NCBI GenBank assembly: GCA_964016885.1
Contig: OZ024743.1
Span: 342,798,001 to 342,862,000 of the forward strand
Length of the DNA stretch: 64,000 bases
From: Eledone cirrhosa
Taxonomy: Eukaryota
Reading direction: 5' to 3'
In this document: one piece after another, positions 14,049 through 27,862 of the stretch
Layout: each line of letters begins with the position of its first letter
Numbering within the stretch: position 1 is the first letter of the stretch
Notes under the pieces: model-generated
Seen by the model: only the letters and a program-made list of their open reading frames with translations
Databases searched by the model: none
Told to the model about the DNA's origin: nothing
Translations under genes and position numbers: made by a program

Positions 14049-15300
14049 GTGTTATTGACGTGGAAAAGTAAGAAATTGGAGAACAGACCGTTAATACATG
14101 TTTATTTAAAACAGCACCTACGTACGTTTCGCCCGGATGGGCTTCTCAAGGGCATAAATAACTAAAAGTGTTCCTTACATGGCCCGGAAAGTGTTTTGGG
14201 GGGTAAGTTCACGTCAGAGTTCCTTTTTCTCAAAGAAAGCGTGTTTTGATTTTGCAGTAGGTCAAGGGAGGTAACTCTGGCCGGTGTTAGGGCAGTCTTT
14301 CCTGGACAAATTTTTATCCGCTACAAGATGTGGTTACAACCTTACCATTGTCGATACGCACAGGGTCAGGTAATCAACGCTTATTTTGAGATGCTTGTTT
14401 TTCCTGCACCTCCCCGCCTGGGTCATTTGAAGCTGGGTCTGGGATGCATGGTTAGTTTCCGGATGTTTTTTGCAGCGCCTGCCCGCCGGGGTGCTAAAGC
14501 TTGTTGCAGGGGGACCCAGTATATGGTTTCACTCCTCGTCCTTATCCCATCTGAAGAAGGATATGTTTAAGCGATGTGTACAGCGTATCGTCGTTTCAGC
14601 TCTGCTGTTGATGAGCTCGTATGGTGCAGTTATGATGTGGTAGAGCTCGATGAGGCTAAGATCGCACTCCCTCTTGAAGTTGTACGGTGCAGCCCTGCCG
14701 ACAATATCCCAGTGCGTGGAGAAGCTGATGTTTAAGTCTTTTAATGATGTTCCGCGAGCGAAGTGGAGTGTCTTAATTTTGTATTTGTGAAAGAGTGGAT
14801 ATGTGTTCGAAATTTAATTTTGAACGGGCCAGAGGTAGCCCCCTATATAATGTTTAACGCTATTGTAGCTAGTTACAGTGCACTTATATATAACCCTATC
14901 AGTCAAGCAGTATCCTCTAAGGGGGCAGCGTCCCCTGTCGCGGCAGTTGCAATTTCTGTCGCGGTTCCTTCTAATTCCCACGATTATCTATACTATTATA
15001 TCCGACTGCTACGAAGTCGCCGCGTGATTGGTTATAGGTATGGCTTACTATAACGTTCGTCTTATGAGGGGGAGTTCTTGAGCTAGCGTTAGGGATGTAG
15101 GAAATTCCTCGGCTAAAGCCAGCGCTTATCAAGGCCCTATTGTAGTAATCTGCCGCTTGGTTGAAGATATCCTCATTGGCGGAGAGCCTCGACATTCTAT
15201 GTGAGATGCTATAGACTATGGAGTTGAGAGTCTGCTTAGGGTGGTTGGAGGCATAATTAATATAAGAAAAGCTCTCTCCAGGTTTATGGTATGGCTTGTA
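14043..15300 (-). mobile_element. Degenerate PLE (RT C-terminus to GIY-YIG, pLTR with HHR variant at 14116-14153)
   Basis: YKPYHKPGESFSYINYASNHPKQTLNSIVYSISHRMSRLS...YYNRALISAGF. Downstream YIGATSGPFK..FRTHIHSF. HHR variant gcc-CTTGAGAA-gccc atcc gggc-GAA-acgtacgt-A-ggt. Confidence 0.85.
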
Positions 15301-15359
15301 TGAAACCTTTCTACTTAGAAAATAAAATTTACTACATATCTTTAAACATCTACACATAT

Positions 15360-15452
<93 letters not shown>

Positions 15453-16199
15453 TGTGTGTGTGAGTGTGCATGTGTGTATGTGTGTAGATGTTTAAAGATA
15501 TGTAGTCAATTTTATTTTCTAAGTAGAAAGGTTTCAGTGACTTCGAAGCTTTATCTAGAAAGCTTTATGAAGCCAGATGAGGTGACGAAGATAAAACTTC
15601 GAAGTCACTGGTATTTTTCCACTTATAAAGCCTGTAAGTATACGGATGTGTTTATAGCGTGTTCTGTATAATATTTGAATACATAGTATATCTAAAACCG
15701 CATTACCTAACGTGTCCTTTGTTTTCAAGACTGCAAGTAGTGTGTCTTTTGAGAACTATTTCGTGGATATTTCTAGCAGGTAAAGAGGCAGTGTAGATTC
15801 TTCCTCGTGTCCTTTATATCATGTGTGTATGTGTCAGCGTGTGTCAGCGCTTCTGTGCAGTATATTTTAAAGGTATATCTAGCATCTAAGAATACATTAT
15901 CCTTTTTTAAAGACTGTAGTGTATGTACTTCGAAAGTGATTTGTCTGCTATTTTCTCTCACATGAAACGACCTCGAAGAGGCTGCCTCGTTGACTCGTTC
16001 GTTTTCAGGTTTATTGAATTATAACTTGTGTTGCCTTTTTTTATCAACTGTGAAATAATCATTTTAGCTTTTGGCAAAATTCAATTGTTCAAAATGTGTT
16101 AGCTTAATTTGATTATAAATCTCTTGTTTCCATCATGAAGATTAATTACTTAAACACGTAGTAAATTCAAATAAAAATAACACTGATGAGTAGTTTTAA

Positions 16200-16555
16200 A
16201 TATTTCTTGTTATCCCTCCATTACACCGATGAGAATTCGAAGATAACTATGTAATATACCATCTGTCAATGATACTTTTCTTGTAACACCATTCTTCACA
16301 ATTGCTTTTAATAAAATATTCGTAATTATTCATAAGTATTCATCTGGCACAGGTATGACTTGAAGGTTAACGTCATAGTCTCTACCGCCTTACTAACGCC
16401 ATCAAATATACATATATATTGGGGATATTGCGAACATCTTACAGTTTCAATTCGTCTCTGTTGTATATTCCAGATGCGCATTCTTTTGGGGAATTATAAA
16501 GTATTTCTTTGAATGTTATCCACTTTAAATTATTATTCCCGTTATTCAATTATTT
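16200..16555 (-). pseudogene. Putative exon 2 of disrupted C-type-lectin-like gene
   Basis: Acceptor 'ttcttttag'. With single-base frameshifts it reads NNLNNGNNNLKWITFKEILYNSPKECASGIYNRDELKTVRCSQYPQYICIFDG, i.e. WI...EC...C...YIC. Further Cys-rich sequence (CEEWC) follows with a stop. Confidence 0.45.
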
Positions 16556-16939
16556 CTAAAAGAATTTTGGTTTACAGTTGTAGGAAAATTGAATCAATCA
16601 GGAAAAAAAAAAACACCAAAAAGAATGTTCTTAGAATGTTATGCCTTGAAAACAAAAGAAAACTTGATTATTGAATTATTATTCACTTTAAACGGTTCTT
16701 TGATTTTATTCTGTTTGACAATTTTATACAGAACTGACCATGGTATACATCATATCACCGTCATGCCCACGCTACGGTTTCATCTTTGAAATGTAATTCT
16801 TCTTCATGTATAGTACTTCTTTAACAGGCTATTAATGTAATCATTACACGAACATGCACTATAAAGGCCTGGGCAGCCGAACAGATGTAAAAATTGTTGG
16901 AATTAAACACTTAGTTATCTCCTGATTTCATATTTCTAA

Positions 16940-17140
16940 TTTAGGCACGTGTACAGCAATTTTGGAGGAAGGGCAAAGTCGATTACATCAACGCCAGCAC
17001 TTAATTGGTGCTTTATTTTATCGTCCCTGAGAGGATGAAAAGAAAAGTTGACCTCATCGGAATTTAAACTCAGATATTAAAGAGCCGTAACTAGATACCT
17101 TAGAGCATTTTGTTTGATGCTCTAACGGTTCACCCAATCT
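16940..17140 (-). mobile_element. Diverged tRNA-derived SINE
   Basis: Reverse of the SINE core: 'tggtgctttattttatcgtccctgagaggatgaaaagaaaagttgacctc...aactcaga'. Confidence 0.75.
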
Positions 17141-17252
17141 ACTTCTCGTTTTATAATATTAATGAAACAATATATTTGTATAGGTGAAATTGCGGAAGAG
17201 AGACAATCCTTTGCACTTTCGTTCTCCCCAACATTCTGTTCTACCTACCTAC

Positions 17253-17500
17253 GGTAAGTAGTTCAAAAATACTCTATTCGATATGTGTGAATCTCCTTCT
17301 GAAATAAGATTTGAATTAGAGCACATTATGCCAGGAGTTTTCTTATCAGTGGAGGTCGATAGATAAATAAAATCGCCGCCTCCTACAAGTTTCAGGTTGC
17401 AGCAGTCAGAAAAGGAATTAACCTCTAATAAGGCATCAAACAGAAGAAAATTAAGGAAAAATACATTTAGAATATGCTTGGGGACGAACGAAATCGCCAT
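17253..17500 (-). CDS. Putative first coding exon: signal peptide + start of C-type-lectin-like domain
   Basis: Strong start context aaacATGG. MAISFVPKHILNVFFLNFLLFDALLEVNS is a hydrophobic N-terminus, followed by CCNL...YL...IMCSNSNLIS...NRVFLNYLP. Donor cc|GTAGGT (phase 2). Not repetitive. Confidence 0.5.
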
Positions 17501-17638
17501 GTTTGCTATTTTACACACTTTAAACCGCTACTCTTCTGATTTGATTCAATCTAACATATATACAAAACGTTGACGATGATGTACAAATTATAACACGTAT
17601 TGACAGACTACGCATCTTTTCTAGAGCTGTAGTACTTT

Positions 17639-17834
17639 CAGACCTGCCAACCTCTAAAGACCCACATGGGGAGTACCCTGAAAAAACGTGTCCCAAAAAC
17701 GAGGAGGAATGAGGCAATATGGGAAGTTTTCACATAATGAAAGCTATGCCCATTTTCACATGAGAAGACATCTCTCACCCACCCCAAAGTGGGTGGGAGA
17801 TCTCCCCGTCGGACGGAGAGAGGTGACAGGTCTG
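17639..17834 (+). mobile_element. MITE copy with perfect 6-bp TSD (TACTTT)
   Basis: tacttt|cagacctgcca...tgacaggtctg|tacttt. Confidence 0.9.
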
Positions 17835-17860
17835 TACTTTTCTTTGAATTCCGCATTAAT

Positions 17861-18058
17861 TGGATTGGCAGTATCGGTAGAGGGTCGGACACCATGCTAT
17901 GCAGCATAGAGTTACGGCTCTTTATGATCTGAGTTCAAATCCCGTCGAGGTTAACTTTGCCTTTCATCCTTAATAAAGTACCAGTCACGCACTGGGTCAA
18001 TTTAATTGACTTCCCCTCCCCCAAAATTTCTGGCCTTGTGCCTATATAAGAAACCATT
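17861..18058 (+). mobile_element. tRNA-derived SINE
   Basis: Full head and core as at 2868. Confidence 0.85.
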
Positions 18059-18974
18059 AATTTAGACGTTGCATGTACTGAAAAAAACTAAGACGGCAAA
18101 TGCATTTGGAAGAATCACTAAATAAATGTTCAGGACTATATGCGCACTACTATGAAAAATATAATTGTTTTTTTTTAATAGAAAACTCTAGTACCTATAT
18201 AGTTTTGGGGGTATTATATGCATTGAATTCTAGTTGGTAAAAATAAATAAAAATGTTAACACCACAATGTAAATGATAAATGTGAAGTGAATTTAACAGT
18301 TTCGTCGTGTGTATGTATTTTTTAACTGAATTCTGCTTCAGTTTTAACAAAATGTCTTAGATAATATTTTTTTTTATTTTACATTACATATAAGTTGGAA
18401 TTATCATTAGCATTTTGTTCCATGTAGTATTAATGAACATATTTAAAATAATTAGGTTTCATACTACGTTGTATGAAACTCTTTATACTGTTATCATTTT
18501 ATACAGTCGATTCTTTCAACGCATTGTTTGCAACATGATGTACTTTAATCTCTCGTGAAATGTATTCATGAATTAACAGGGTAAAGTAGAAGACTGGACA
18601 TATAACATGTGATTGGGAAATATAGCAGCTGTGACATAGATAGCTATATCGAATTTACGAATCTGAATTGGCAGGGGGTAAGTAATAGCTGCCAATAACT
18701 GTATTCATATGCAAGGCATGTTACAATTGATATAATTAAATTAGAATAAATTGAATAATTGCATTGTAGGAAACTTTATTTTCAAAATATGTTGCCCCCT
18801 ATGACTTTGTATTTATATTTAAATATATGCATGCATATATGTGAGCGTGTATGAGTCACTACATAATACATCTAAGCCTACATACATACATACATACATA
18901 CATACATACATACATACATACATACATACATACATACATACATACATACATACATACATACATACATACATACA

Positions 18975-19690
18975 TGATGATGGCTGCAACTTGATTTCGA
19001 GTAATGCCATCGCTTGATACTTAAGCATGAGTATCACAGATAGCTTTTTAGTCCTCTAAGTGACTTGCCTAAGGCCAGCAATACCATGCATCGCAGAAAA
19101 TGTCGCATAACAAGCGATTCCTGTGCTTCAAGCTTTTTTTAAGTTAGGAAAGGCTTTGTACAGGGCCAATCCTATTCTCTGAACATCGAATACTTTTGCC
19201 CAAAAAGAAGAACTGGTCTTTATCACTGGATGCAAACGAAGCCGCAGGTTTTATATCAGAGTGACCTTCTAGAAAGATGTCTTAATGAAGACTAGGAGTC
19301 TCTCGCTCCACAAAAAAAGGTTTTATATCAGAGTGACCTTCTAGAAAGATGTCTTAATGAAGACTAGGAGTCTCTCGCTCCACAAAAAAAAGGTTTTATA
19401 TCAGAGTGACCTTCTAGAAAGATGTCTTAATGAAGACTAGGAGTCTCTCGCTCCACAAAAAAAGGTTTTATATCAGAGTGACCTTCTAGAAAGATGTCTT
19501 AATGAAGACTAGGAGTCTCTCGCTCCACAAAAAGATGGATGGCCGTTGACTCTCCTGATTTCCTACGCCCTTTGACGGGTTTTGTTTTTCATTCCGCAGG
19601 GTCTCCGAAATCACCCTCCTCACCAAGCAAGCTTGGTGGGGCTGTCAGTTTAGTCGCCAACGACCTGACCATGCATAGGTCGCACGTTTT
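18975..19690 (-). mobile_element. RTE-derived non-autonomous element abutting (TACA)n (18879-18974)
   Basis: Reverse complement homology to 1490-1890. Confidence 0.6.
19247..19533. repeat. Four near-perfect 72-73-bp tandem repeats
   Basis: Unit ggttttatatcagagtgaccttctagaaagatgtcttaatgaagactaggagtctctcgctccac(a)n. Confidence 0.95.
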
Positions 19691-20419
19691 TCAGCATCTT
19701 CATGGCTTTTATGAATTTTTTTTCTTTTTTTGTGGGTGATTCAAAGTTTGTGACATACTACATTTAATAGTAATAGAAACAAGCTATCTGCTGCTTTATA
19801 TTCTCCATTTAACAGTTTCCATACCTTCTTCCAGAGTCATATAAGGGCTTCACTTGCGCACTAACTGCTGATGAGAGATTAGAAATAATTCACAATAAAA
19901 ATATTTATAAGTAATGAGTTATACATTTTACAAGCTTTTGTCAAAAATGCAATACTGGAAACTATATATGACGTGTCAATCTTGAAATTCGATAAGTTTG
20001 ACGTCCGAAGATTGCTTGACATAAGCTGATTATGAAACATGACGTTACGATGTATTATCACTAATTCACGATATCATTATATATATTTTACTATGTATAG
20101 AGTAGGGTGATTTTATTCGTGTAGAACCTATAATGTATATATGTGTGTGTTTGTGTGTACATATATATATGTATATCTATGTATATGTATGTATGAATGT
20201 ATGTATGTCTGTATATATGTAGGTATGTGTATAAGAATGAATGTATACGCCTGTATATTTATATACATAAGTATGTATATATATTTAACATGTAAATGAG
20301 TCAATCATTCTCTTTTTTCTGCTGTTCTCTTTCTCTCTTTCATACTACTCTCACTCGCTTTCAGCAAATATTTATTTATTTATTTATTTATTTATTTATT
20401 GATATTATATATACATATA

Positions 20420-20457
<38 letters not shown>

Positions 20458-23400
20458 TAGATTTGTGTATGCGGATGTGTGTATGTACGTGTCTGTGTAG
20501 ATGTTTGCGTTTCTGTTTCCTTTTATTTACACATGTTTGCCCGACTGATAAAATATTCATGTGCTAGGATTTGCATGCTTCCTTTGGTAGTTATTCCTAT
20601 TTGATGACTTAAAAGAAATATAAACATTGAGCTAGTTTCTAGATTAAGTAATGGGCATAAATGTACTGACCAGCATTTGTAGTCGCCAATCGTGTTTTCT
20701 CTTGATCCTGAATATTATTAGCAAAAGGAACATAAATACAAAATTAAAGTCTGCTCATTTCAATCTTTGAAATCTAGAATGTACTGAAATCGCGCAATAT
20801 TCTAACTTCTAAAACATTTGAGATACCTTTAGTATTTTACTGTTTCAGTCGTCAGACTGGAGCCATGCTGACATACCTCCTTTAGTCGATCATATCAACT
20901 CAAGTATTTCAAGTGTGGTAATTATTTTTTCGATCTCTTGTTGTCAAACCGCTACGTTACGGAACATAAATGTAGGCATAGGCACAAACTTAAACAGATT
21001 CACGGATGGACACACACACACACACACACATATCTACATATACATTAGATAAAAATTATTTAACTAAAACCATAAAAACCACTTAACATTTGATGGAATC
21101 GTTGGGTGCCACCCTGACACACACAGCGTGGCTTTAGCATTTAAAACTTGTGGATCCCATCCTCCTCCAGGTCGGAACACAGTCGATTTCTTCCAGAGAG
21201 TGATATACCAATTCCAGTACTTGACGGGTTCTTTATTTATCGACCTCGAAATGATAGACAGCAAAGCTGGAAAATCACTGGAATTTGAACACAGAGCACA
21301 TTGAACCAGAATAAATATCGAGGCATTTTAAATCCGACTCCCTAACGACACTGTATTGAAAATATAATTGCGTTCTAGCTTTAGATTTTTGTTCTTTACG
21401 GCTTGTTTGGAAGTGACATTTTTTGGTCCGTCAAAGGTGCGTCAAAGGTCCTAAAATTTTCTGGCCTTATAATCCAATGGCTGGTGGTGAGTGTTGCTGA
21501 TAGTATATGTCGCTGTCATTTTATAGTTGGCAGTGGAAATAGGATTAATAATTTTCTTGGTTTGTGTTGTAACATTATAACCGAATATTATTTTTTTGTT
21601 TTTTTACCATTGACTGTTTTCTTCCAACAGCCGAATGGTTTTTTTTTGCTCGTAATTAATACACTTCATCTGTGTGTCGATTTTTGACATTGCGTTGTGA
21701 ATAATTCTTCCATCATTAATCGTCTAGTTTTAGAGAAAATTCCATATAAGATGGGTGTTATGTTTCCTCATATTTTCCTATGAATATTTCATATCTTCTC
21801 TATTGCGTTATGTCTGAACTGCCAAAGTCGCAAATATAGCTCTAGATCAAGTAGGGCTTGAAAGAATGCATTCATTCACTAATATCTACAATTCTTAACA
21901 ATCACCATAAAACACCCAGAATTTGGGACTGAACAAAATCAAGCCAATTCTAAATCCCACCAAACACCCATATAAAATATCGTCATACAGACAGCCGTGA
22001 ATCTCTCATTCATACCATATTTTAGAAGGGCTCATTTTTGACATGCCTAGCGCCTAATCTTACCACCAGCGTACTACATTCAAGCACAACACTACTGATG
22101 AACCTCATATGCGCAGTAATAAACAGTGCATACTATCAATGATAAGTGCAAAAGAAAGTAACTGTCGAGTTCTAACCACGTCCAATTTGCAAATCTGTGC
22201 AGTAAACACCACTCGAATACAGAGGCGTACAGAAACAGGCTGGAGAGTGGATAGAGTGCAGCATGTTAGCACTATCACACTGCATCTGATATAATTTACC
22301 ACTGCATGTCGGTGTGTGCTGTGTAGTCCTCAACTAGGCAGAACCCTGTTACATCAGGAACAACAGATCTGTAGTTGGGCCGATTATCTACTTAGCAGAT
22401 AATGTTCGAACAATGATTACACAATCTAGATTTAGACAACAACAACAACCAAAAAAAAAAGTAAAATTAAAGACTCAAAACAAATATAATGGAACATAAC
22501 TGTCTTTAACACCAAAATATATTTTTTAGAAGAATCTAATTTTCTTTTACCGCTGATATAATAAATTTGAATCGTTCCCTTGTTGGTATTCGAATAAACA
22601 TACTTCAGGAAATTTACTTCTTACTCAAGTATTATTCTATTTCTCACTCTCGTGTGTAAATACTGTCTATTAATAAATTATCACAAAGTTTCTAAGAAAC
22701 AGAAATATTGTTTAACACTAATACTGAGGTACACACAGACACATAAATCACGTTATGTAAAAGCAGTCTCATATATGGTTGTACTCAGTGTGTAAAATCA
22801 ATGGGTGTTCGTTGTTTAACCCGAAGTCGAGCCTAATTCAGCAAACCTATAACCAAGACTTCTTTTTTTGTTATGCATTGTGTATCCAATACTGCATTAT
22901 CCAAATTAGACTCAAATATATTTAATGGTTTGTGACTGTAGGGAAATATTGGTGCTCTCAGTTCAAATACCACCGAGGTCAACTTTGCCTTTGATTCTGT
23001 TGGGGTCGATAAATAAATACCAGTCTAGGGATAGTGGATTGGCGGAATGTTTTAAGAGTCGGACAGGATGATATGCGGCATCTGATTTGGCTCTGTGCGT
23101 TCTGAGTTCAAATCATGCCTCTATATGAGAGGGTCTGCAACTTGCAGATCATATCAACAATAGAAAGGCCAATTGAAATATTGTTTCCTTAATCTGATCT
23201 GACGATCTGTTCTTTTCTTTTCCAAAGTTTTATTTGAGGAACATTTGTCTACAATTTCTAGCAAGTCGAGTAATCCAAGTAAAGTGTCACTCGTTGACGT
23301 GTATTAATGTTATTTTTCATCGTTAATTAGCCCCAAGTCAGACTTTTGTATTGACCAAACATATCAAAATATCCCATCCGTTGGGAGTCCTGTCTTTTTA

Positions 23401-24254
23401 GCGTATTTTATACAATACGTTCTTCCTTGTTTTAAGACAGAGAAATTTGGATCCTATTTCTAGCAGCCCCTTGTTCCGGGCTATATATCCTATTAATATA
23501 AATTCCACATTTTTTTAGATATGGGAATTATCCATTTAAACGAATCCAGTTATATTTTTCATTGAATCAATAAATTGCGCATAATAGAAAATCCATTTTG
23601 TTTAGTGAAGGATGCCAAAGAATTTAATTTAGAGGTAATTTATTTCAATATGGGTTACCTTTCGAATCTATTAAAACCACACAAAGATTTAAACCATATA
23701 TAAATATAAGAAAGATATATTTAATGGCGGTATATTATGTATAATAATAAATAAAACTACTTAATGTTCGTGTAAAGAGTTGATGAATCAATATAGAACT
23801 TGATTTTGTTTGTTGCTTGAAAGCTCCTCGATAGTTTATGCCAGGGCTGGTGATACCAGTAGCAAATGGGCATCATCAATTTTATTCTGAAATAAATGAT
23901 TCTGTGTGTGCTTCAATGTTTAAAGTAATTACTTAGTTAGATAAAGGCTGCCAAATAATGACGCAATTTTTAGGCATGGATAACTAATTTAGGAAACTTT
24001 CCTCCTACTTAGATGATTATATTTCCTATTAATGTCAAACAGTGATACATCTTCGAAATAGAATGTCAATCTCAATATTTCAATATTACTTTCAATCATT
24101 ATATTGCATCTTATTGAATTTCATTTGAAAATTTTCTGAAAAGGGTATTTTGTCAATTAATTGCAGGGATAATATCAGTTATTTGAAGTTTTTCAATTCA
24201 CTATATAACATATGTAAGAACCTAGCGTATATATATACATATATATATGTGTGT

Positions 24255-24345
<91 letters not shown>

Positions 24346-24534
24346 TGCATGTGTGTGTGTGTATCTTTCGTTAATGTCAGTGATGGATGAGAACATGGAG
24401 GAGAAACCGTAAAACCAGTAAATTCAAATAAAAATACCCTGTGTGTTATTTGTTCTGCACCGAGTAAGACAGTCTCTTGCCACTTTCATCGTCAGAAACA
24501 GCGAATCATAGATTGATCCATTGGAAACTTGTAA

Positions 24535-24620
24535 ATAATTGTTTCTACTTTAGGCACAAGGCCAGCAATTACCCAGTGCATTACTGGTACTTTATTTTAT
24601 CGACCCCGTAAGGATGAAAT
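24535..24620 (-). mobile_element. SINE 3' fragment
   Basis: 'gtttctactttaggcacaaggccagcaatt...tcgaccccgtaaggatgaaa'. Confidence 0.8.
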
Positions 24621-24993
24621 GACGATAGAAATACATTAGAAAAATGCAATCTTAAAATATCTTTCGTGAGAAATAAATGAAACATTAGATTGTTTTCAGT
24701 GGCCATGACTCTTTTCATGATCTCCATTAAAAAAAGATACATTAGATAAGATGCATCTAGTTACATATTTTCTGAATACAATACGAGGTATTCTCATCTG
24801 GAAAGCTTTATATCATATTCGAACAACAAATCTAGCGCTCAACAAAAGGGGGAATGGTCATGGCTGGAACTTCTTTAATCACGACTAACCTAGAGTTTGA
24901 CAAAACCAACAATGACACATTAGACAATATAGGCCTGGATATGTTATATCTGAATATAACTCAGGATAGTCACAGCTGGAATACCATTGATAA

Positions 24994-25830
24994 CACAAGG
25001 AGATATCAGAAAGTTATCGGACCCTGCCTTGACAAAGTATATCAGTACTCTAGTAAATAAAGATTTCATTTATTTAATAATGATATGTAATATATCATTT
25101 ATATTCAACACCATTCTTTTCGAAGTAATCGGCTTGAGAACATATACGGCAATTTCAGTGTGTCTTCTTCATATCAAAAGCATCACGAACGTCATCTTCC
25201 TGAAAGCCGTCCAATACCACCCGCATTTTATCAACTTCAATTTTTTCGATATCCCTCTCACGAATCTCAAGACATACGCCAAAGTGCTGCTGCGTTTGAA
25301 ATATTATGAAGAGCTTGGGGAAAAAAACCTTCGCAACAACGTGATCTATGTTTAGGTTTTCTGTGAGAATCTCCAGGAAGAATCAATAACAGGAAGGCAT
25401 GTCTTCGTTGTTCAGTTTCTGATTGAATTATTTTCACATTTTCTGGCTTTTTTTCCAATGATTGATTGCACTTACCAACTTGAACTGGCTCTTGAACGGC
25501 CTTGAAACATCTGTGTCACTCAGAAGCCAGTGTCTAATATAAAGAATCTTCACTAAAAATCTGAAGAAGCGTTTTGAGGGCCTCTGAGCAAGATTTGTCG
25601 AGTTTCATACAAACATTGATAGAGAAACATTGTTCCAATTTGTCTACAGTTGTCAGAGATATTCTAATACAGCGCTATAAAACTTGATGGAATATTCGAA
25701 CATGAGTAGATAACATGTACATCAGGTCAGGAAACTGGCTACCAAAGATCATTTGCTGTGCACCCATTATTATTAAGCAGTACAATCACAGCACGTGCAG
25801 TCTGAAAACTTTCTGATAATATCTCGTATA
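24994..25830. mobile_element. Degenerate mariner-like non-autonomous DNA transposon
   Basis: Imperfect TIRs 'acaaggagatatcagaaagttatcggac' / 'gtctgaaaactttctgataatatctcgta', with TA at the right end. Confidence 0.55.
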
Positions 25831-26379
25831 TGTGCTTGATCTGTGCTGATTTTGTGATAAACAACAATAGTAACAACAACATCATACCTTTGAAAAGATA
25901 TAGTCGATGTGAATAATGTTCAATTCGATAACGTACTGATTCCTAATATTGCAATTATTTACCAGTCGCCAACCACTTCTCCTAGATTTTATCATATATG
26001 TCCGCCAGTTTTATCTTCTTCGGAAAAATGTCGATTGTTCATTGAAATTCTAAAAAAAGAAACTCTCATAAAAAAAACATCAACAACAATCTCACATATT
26101 TTTGTCTGTCTCCGTATATCTGCCTTTCGGCCAATTATGACGAACAACAAGCTAACTACTAATATCATTATCAAATATATTTCTTAAAATATCTTACTAG
26201 AGGGGGGGGGGTTCATTTCTATAGGTATTAGTCTGAAAATTTATAAATCTTTTTAATAGCAATTAATCTAAGTGATTTAGACTGTTATTTCTAGCAAGCC
26301 CCGTAAAAATTCCTTCGCAGTTTTAGTTATTGTTTAAAACGAAACATTAATCGCCTATAACCGTGAGAAGACCGTGGAT

Positions 26380-27100
26380 TTGTATAACATTTAAGAGAGT
26401 ACTTAAGGTGTATCTGGAAGCGATTAAAAACCTCTCAGAGGCTGAGTTCAGAAGACAATTAAAGAGCTTAAATGTGGCAAAGCTGCTGAGGAGAGGGGGA
26501 ATTCGGCCCGAGAAGGTATTTTTTGGCTGAAACGGATGTGCCGAGTGGCCTAGATCTCTGGAAAAGCACTTGAGCAATGTCAATCGGGAGTGATAATCCC
26601 AATCTTCAAAAGGGTAGTCAAGAGATATTGCTCCAATTATAGATAGATCACTTTGTCCAACCTCTCCGGTAAAGTCTATGATAAGTGTCTGGCAAAGAGA
26701 TGTAGGGAGATTGTCGAGTCCAAACTAGCTGATGAATAGTGTGGTTTTCTCCCTAGGCGCAGCAAGGCCTATCAACTATTTACACTGCGACAGGTCTTTC
26801 AGAAGTCGTGGGAGTATTGCTAAGTGCTATTTTCTTGTTTCGTAGACCTTGGAAAGGTATATGACCGCGTTTCACAGGACCTGTTTTGACAGTTATGCAA
26901 GAGTATGGGATCGATGAAGAGCTTCAGCATTTGGTCATCAGAAGGGAAGTAGGTGTAAAAGCCAAACTCGTTAATTTCAATTTGGTATTCGTGCCAACCC
27001 TGACTTATGATCATGAATCTTAGGTAATAACCTAAAAAATACGATCGCGAATACAAGCAGCCGAAAGGGGATCCTCAGAAGAAGAAGAAAAAGAAGAAGA
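26380..27100 (+). mobile_element. RTE-clade (Expander/Rex3-like) LINE RT fragment
   Basis: Degenerate GVIIPIFK...CSNYR.ITLSNLSGKVYDKCLAKR...CGF...QLFTLRQVFQKSWEY...CFVDLGKVYDRV; (GAA)n end. Confidence 0.85.
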
Positions 27101-27683
27101 CACGTAAATTAAAACAAATTGAACGTCGAGTAGCAGTTTTTTCTATCCACACACGCGGGTGGGGGTTATCTACGTGCAATTATATATTGATAGTTTTATA
27201 ATGTAGTACCTGGATGTGTCTTATTATTTTCATGCCACTATTGGAATGGTGTTGTGGTGCTTGTGTGGCTTAAGGGTTGGATATGCAGCTTCGGTTGGTG
27301 CAAGATGATAGTTATATAATATTTTAGTGATGTGTTTTGACGCTAGCTTTGACAATCATGAGATCTTGGGTTCAATCTCAAGTATCTTGAGTCGACCCAA
27401 GCCTTGTGAATGAAATTGGATAGGCGGAAATGTGTGAAAGCCCGTCGGTTGCATTATACCTATAATACAAAGGTCAAACCTTGTCACGCATTGTGTCACG
27501 TTGATTCTGCTTAGGTATTACGTTCAGGATATTCGTATCTGTGAAATACTCAACCGCTTACACGCTGATTCATGAGTTGGACGTCGAGTTGGTCAAATAG
27601 CTGAATGAACTTCGGCGAAACTGACAGAAGATCTATCAACATCATCATCATCATTAGTGATAGGAATAGATATTTTGTAGATA

Positions 27684-27862
27684 TAATTGTTTCTACTTTT
27701 GGCAAAAGGCCAGCAATTATCCCAGTGCGTTACCGGTACTTTATTTTATCGACCTCGAAAGGATGAAAGGCAAAGTTAACCTCGGCGGGATTTGAATTGA
27801 GACCATAAGGGCCGTAACTCTATGCTGCTAACCATGGCGTTCGACCCTCTACCGATACTGCC
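27684..27862 (-). mobile_element. tRNA-derived SINE
   Basis: Full-length reverse copy. Confidence 0.85.

Noticed and set aside
18580-18683. Plus-strand exon ending at a strong GG|GTAAGT donor
   Set aside because: All frames from the nearest acceptor contain stops and there is no recognisable protein.
19247-19533. CRISPR-like regular repeats
   Set aside because: Contiguous tandem units without unique spacers, no cas genes, eukaryotic context.
23500-23890. Possible minus-strand coding remnants after a good acceptor at about 23888
   Set aside because: Only short open frames with no recognisable motif.
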